Shown: positions 14,965 through 17,468 of the stretch, piece by piece | Numbering within the stretch: the stretch's first letter is position 1 | How the letters are laid out: every line of letters starts with the position of its first letter | DNA from: an uncultured Elusimicrobia bacterium | Lineage (GTDB): Bacteria > Elusimicrobiota > Elusimicrobia > UBA1565 | Assembly (NCBI GenBank): GCA_964359165.1 | Contig: CAYHRV010000042.1 | Coordinates: 1-17,468 of the forward strand | Length of the DNA: 17,468 nucleotides | Direction: 5' to 3' | The notes under the pieces: model-generated | Database searches by the model: none | What the model was told of the DNA's origin: nothing | What the model saw: only the letters and a program-made list of their open reading frames with translations | Position numbers and translations under genes: made by a program

Positions 14965-15807
14965 ATGCCGCGGAACTTCTCGCACGCGCCCATCGATTTC
15001 AACACCATGTCCCCGGTCATCAAGGCCTTGGTCATCGCCAACGCCGTGGCGTTCCTCATGAGCCAGTTGGTCGCGGGCCAGTTCTCCGGCCTCTTCGGCC
15101 TGGTCCCCGCGCGGGTGGTGGAGGACCGCTGGGTGTGGCAGCTCTTCACCTACCTCTTCCTGCACGGCAGCTTCCTCCACCTGATCTTCAATCTCTTCGC
15201 GCTCTGGATGTTCGGCATGCCCGTGGAGGCCCAGTGGGGCCCCCGGGAATTCCTGAAGTTCTTCCTGGTATGCGGCGTGGGCGCCGGGCTCATCAACGTG
15301 GCCATCACCCCGCACTCGCACTACCCCGTCATCGGCGCTTCCGGCGCGGTCTATGGGCTCCTGGTCGCCTTCGCCATGCTTTATCCCGACGCCGTGGTGT
15401 ATCTCTATTTCTTCTTCCCGATCAAGGCCAAGCACATGGCCATGCTCTTCGGCCTCCTCGAGTTCTTCGCCGCCTCCGACGGCTCCAGCGGCGTGGCGCG
15501 CTACGCCCACCTCGGGGGCATGGTCATCGGCTATCTCTACATCCGCTGGTGGTGGATACTCTCGATGCGCGTGAAGGCCCTTTGGCGCGACATGACGCAG
15601 GGCGGCGTGGTCGTCTCCGAGCGCCCCCGCGCGGCGGCGCGGTCCTCGCGCAAGGCGCGGCCCGTCTCCTATGAGGAAGAGATGGCCGAGGTGGACCGGA
15701 TCCTCGACAAGATACTGGACCAGGGCGAGGCTTCCTTGACCGAGCAGGAACGCGAGGTCCTGCGCAAGCACGGCCCGGGCCGTCCAGGCGAAGGCGGCCA
15801 TGCCTGA
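14965..15807 (+). CDS. Rhomboid family intramembrane serine protease
   Basis: LFTYLFLHGSFLHLIFNLFALWMFG, VIGASGAVYGLLVAFAMLYP (catalytic Ser), VARYAHLGGMVIGYLYIRWW (catalytic His); several hydrophobic segments. Confidence 0.92.
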   Translation: MPRNFSHAPIDFNTMSPVIKALVIANAVAFLMSQLVAGQFSGLFGLVPARVVEDRWVWQLFTYLFLHGSFLHLIFNLFALWMFGMPVEAQWGPREFLKFFLVCGVGAGLINVAITPHSHYPVIGASGAVYGLLVAFAMLYPDAVVYLYFFFPIKAKHMAMLFGLLEFFAASDGSSGVARYAHLGGMVIGYLYIRWWWILSMRVKALWRDMTQGGVVVSERPRAAARSSRKARPVSYEEEMAEVDRILDKILDQGEASLTEQEREVLRKHGPGRPGEGGHA

Positions 15808-16438
15808 GAGGCTCATCCGAAAGCCCCTGCGGGTCGGCTTGACCGGCGGCATCGGCGCGGGCAAGAGCGAGGCCCTGCGCGCTTTCTCCCGCGCGGGGGC
15901 CTGGACGCTGTCCCTCGATGAGGTCTCGCGTCGGCTCTCCCGGCGGGGCGGGCCCGTCCACCGCGCGATCGTCCGCGCCTTCGGCCGGGGCGTCCTGCGC
16001 GCCGACGGCTCTCTGGACCGTGCGAAATTGGCGTCCAGGGTCTTCGCCAGCCCCATCCCGCGCCGCCGTCTCGACCGGGCGGCTCACCCGCCCATGCTCC
16101 TGGAGATGCGCCGCAGGCTGCGCGCCTGCCGCCGCCCGGTGGCGGTCGTGGACGTCCCCCTTCTGTTCGAGGCCGGCTTGGCGGGCGATTTCGACGCGAC
16201 CGTGCTGGTGAGCGCGCCGGAGCGTCTGCGCCTTGGGCGCGTGATGCGCCGGGACGGCGTCCCGGCCGCGGCCGCGCGAGCACGCCTGAGGTCCCAGTGG
16301 CCGCAGGAACGCAAGGAGCGCCTGGCCGACGTCGTCGTACGCAATCAAGGAGGGCTCGGCGCCCTCTGCCGTAGAGTGAAAGAGTATCAGCAGGCTTTCC
16401 GCCTGCTGTCGACCTCCCCCGGAGGTTCCGGGGCATGA
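15800..16438 (+). CDS. coaE: Dephospho-CoA kinase
   Basis: [37 protein letters not shown]; [38 protein letters not shown]; overlaps the rhomboid ORF by 8 nt. Confidence 0.9.
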   Translation: MPERLIRKPLRVGLTGGIGAGKSEALRAFSRAGAWTLSLDEVSRRLSRRGGPVHRAIVRAFGRGVLRADGSLDRAKLASRVFASPIPRRRLDRAAHPPMLLEMRRRLRACRRPVAVVDVPLLFEAGLAGDFDATVLVSAPERLRLGRVMRRDGVPAAAARARLRSQWPQERKERLADVVVRNQGGLGALCRRVKEYQQAFRLLSTSPGGSGA

Positions 16439-17468
16439 GGCAAGACGCACCCGAGGAGACCGCGACCATGGAAACCACCCCCGTCCCCGCCAAGACCCCT
16501 GCCGCCGACGACAAACAGCTCAATGTCTCGGCGCTGGCGAAGAAAACGATAGCCGACCTGATGAAGATCGCCGATGAGATGGCCCTGGAAGGCGTCTCGG
16601 GCCTGCGCAAGCAGGAGCTCATCGTGAAGATACTGGAAGGCCAGGCCAAGCGCAACGGCACGATCTATGACGAAGGGGTGCTCGAGATACTGCCCGACGG
16701 GTTCGGCTTCCTCCGCTCGCCCGACTATAACTATCTGCCGGGCCCCGATGACATCTATGTCTCTCCCTCGCAGATCAAGAAGTTCGGCCTGCGCAAGGGA
16801 GATACCGTCTCCGGCCATGTCCGGCCCCCCAAGGACGGGGAGCGGTTCTTCGCCCTACTCCAGGTCGCCGGCTTAAACGGCGTTCCCATCGAGGGCCTGC
16901 CCAACCGGATCGTCTTCGACAACCTCACTCCCCTGCATCCCAACACGCGCTTCAACCTCGAGACCGTGAAGTCCGAGTTGACGACGCGCCTCTTGGACCT
17001 CATGTCTCCCATCGGCAAGGGGCAGAGAGGGCTCATCGTGTCCCCGCCCAAGGCGGGGAAGACCATCATGCTCCAGAAGATCGCCAACGCCATCGCCATC
17101 AACCATCCCGAGTGCGTGCTCATCGTCCTGCTCATAGACGAGCGTCCCGAGGAGGTCACCGACATGCAGCGCTCGGTCAAGGGCGAGGTCGTGGCGTCCA
17201 CCTTCGACGAGCCGGCCGACCGCCACGTGCAGGTGGCCGAGATGGTCATCGAGAAGGGCCGGCGCATGGTCGAGATGGGCAAGGACGTGGTGATCCTGCT
17301 CGACTCCATCACCCGGCTGGCCCGCGCCTACAACACGATCACGCCCTCCTCCGGCCGCGTCCTCTCGGGCGGCTTGGAGGCGACCTCCCTGCAGCGCCCC
17401 AAGCGCTTTTTGGGCGCGGCGCGCAACATCGAGGAAGGGGGCAGCCTCACCATCATCGCCACCTCCCT
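16435..17468 (+). CDS. rho: Transcription termination factor Rho (3' truncated by window edge)
   Basis: Own translation, not in the ORF track: [146 protein letters not shown] 16435 overlaps the coaE stop (ATGA); ATG 16468 is an alternative. Confidence 0.95.
   Translation, partial: MRQDAPEETATMETTPVPAKTPAADDKQLNVSALAKKTIADLMKIADEMALEGVSGLRKQELIVKILEGQAKRNGTIYDEGVLEILPDGFGFLRSPDYNYLPGPDDIYVSPSQIKKFGLRKGDTVSGHVRPPKDGERFFALLQVAGLNGVPIEGLPNRIVFDNLTPLHPNTRFNLETVKSELTTRLLDLMSPIGKGQRGLIVSPPKAGKTIMLQKIANAIAINHPECVLIVLLIDERPEEVTDMQRSVKGEVVASTFDEPADRHVQVAEMVIEKGRRMVEMGKDVVILLDSITRLARAYNTITPSSGRVLSGGLEATSLQRPKRFLGAARNIEEGGSLTIIATS

Noticed and set aside
13285-16056. 923-aa minus-strand ORF
   Set aside because: It is antisense to polA and rhomboid, which carry clear catalytic motifs on the plus strand. 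Its composition (Gly/Arg/His/Glu/Asp/Leu-rich) is typical of stop-free antisense frames in GC-rich DNA.
1-17468. CRISPR array, toxin-antitoxin, phage or transposon content
   Set aside because: No regularly spaced repeats, transposase or integrase motifs, or small toxin-antitoxin-like gene pairs were seen. The lone HNH protein does not define a defence system.

Overview
High-GC bacterial chromosomal window with densely packed, mostly housekeeping genes. In order: (1) the C-terminal part of an HNH endonuclease, open at the left edge; (2) a flavoprotein oxidoreductase with a signal-peptide-like N-terminus; (3) fabI on the minus strand; (4) an acyl-CoA dehydrogenase; (5) a minus-strand folB - FIST-domain protein - exported poly-gamma-glutamate-hydrolase-like cluster, whose last gene is mis-extended in the supplied ORF track; (6) a subtilisin-family protease with a long N-terminal region; (7) two divergent orphan response regulators; (8) a tightly overlapping plus-strand run trxA - TlpA-like lipoprotein - polA - rhomboid - coaE - rho (rho cut by the right edge and absent from the ORF track). 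I see no CRISPR array, tRNA/rRNA or mobile element. I also see no convincing new multi-gene system. The best unexplained signals are non-coding. One is a perfect 40-bp spacerless palindrome between convergent genes (2640-2679). The second is a 42-bp near-perfect palindrome directly upstream of a response regulator (10803-10844) with a similar layout. The third is a hairpin that contains the likely Shine-Dalgarno of the rhomboid gene (14937-14961). Several start codons are revised from Shine-Dalgarno or promoter evidence. All family calls come from reading motifs; no database search was run.
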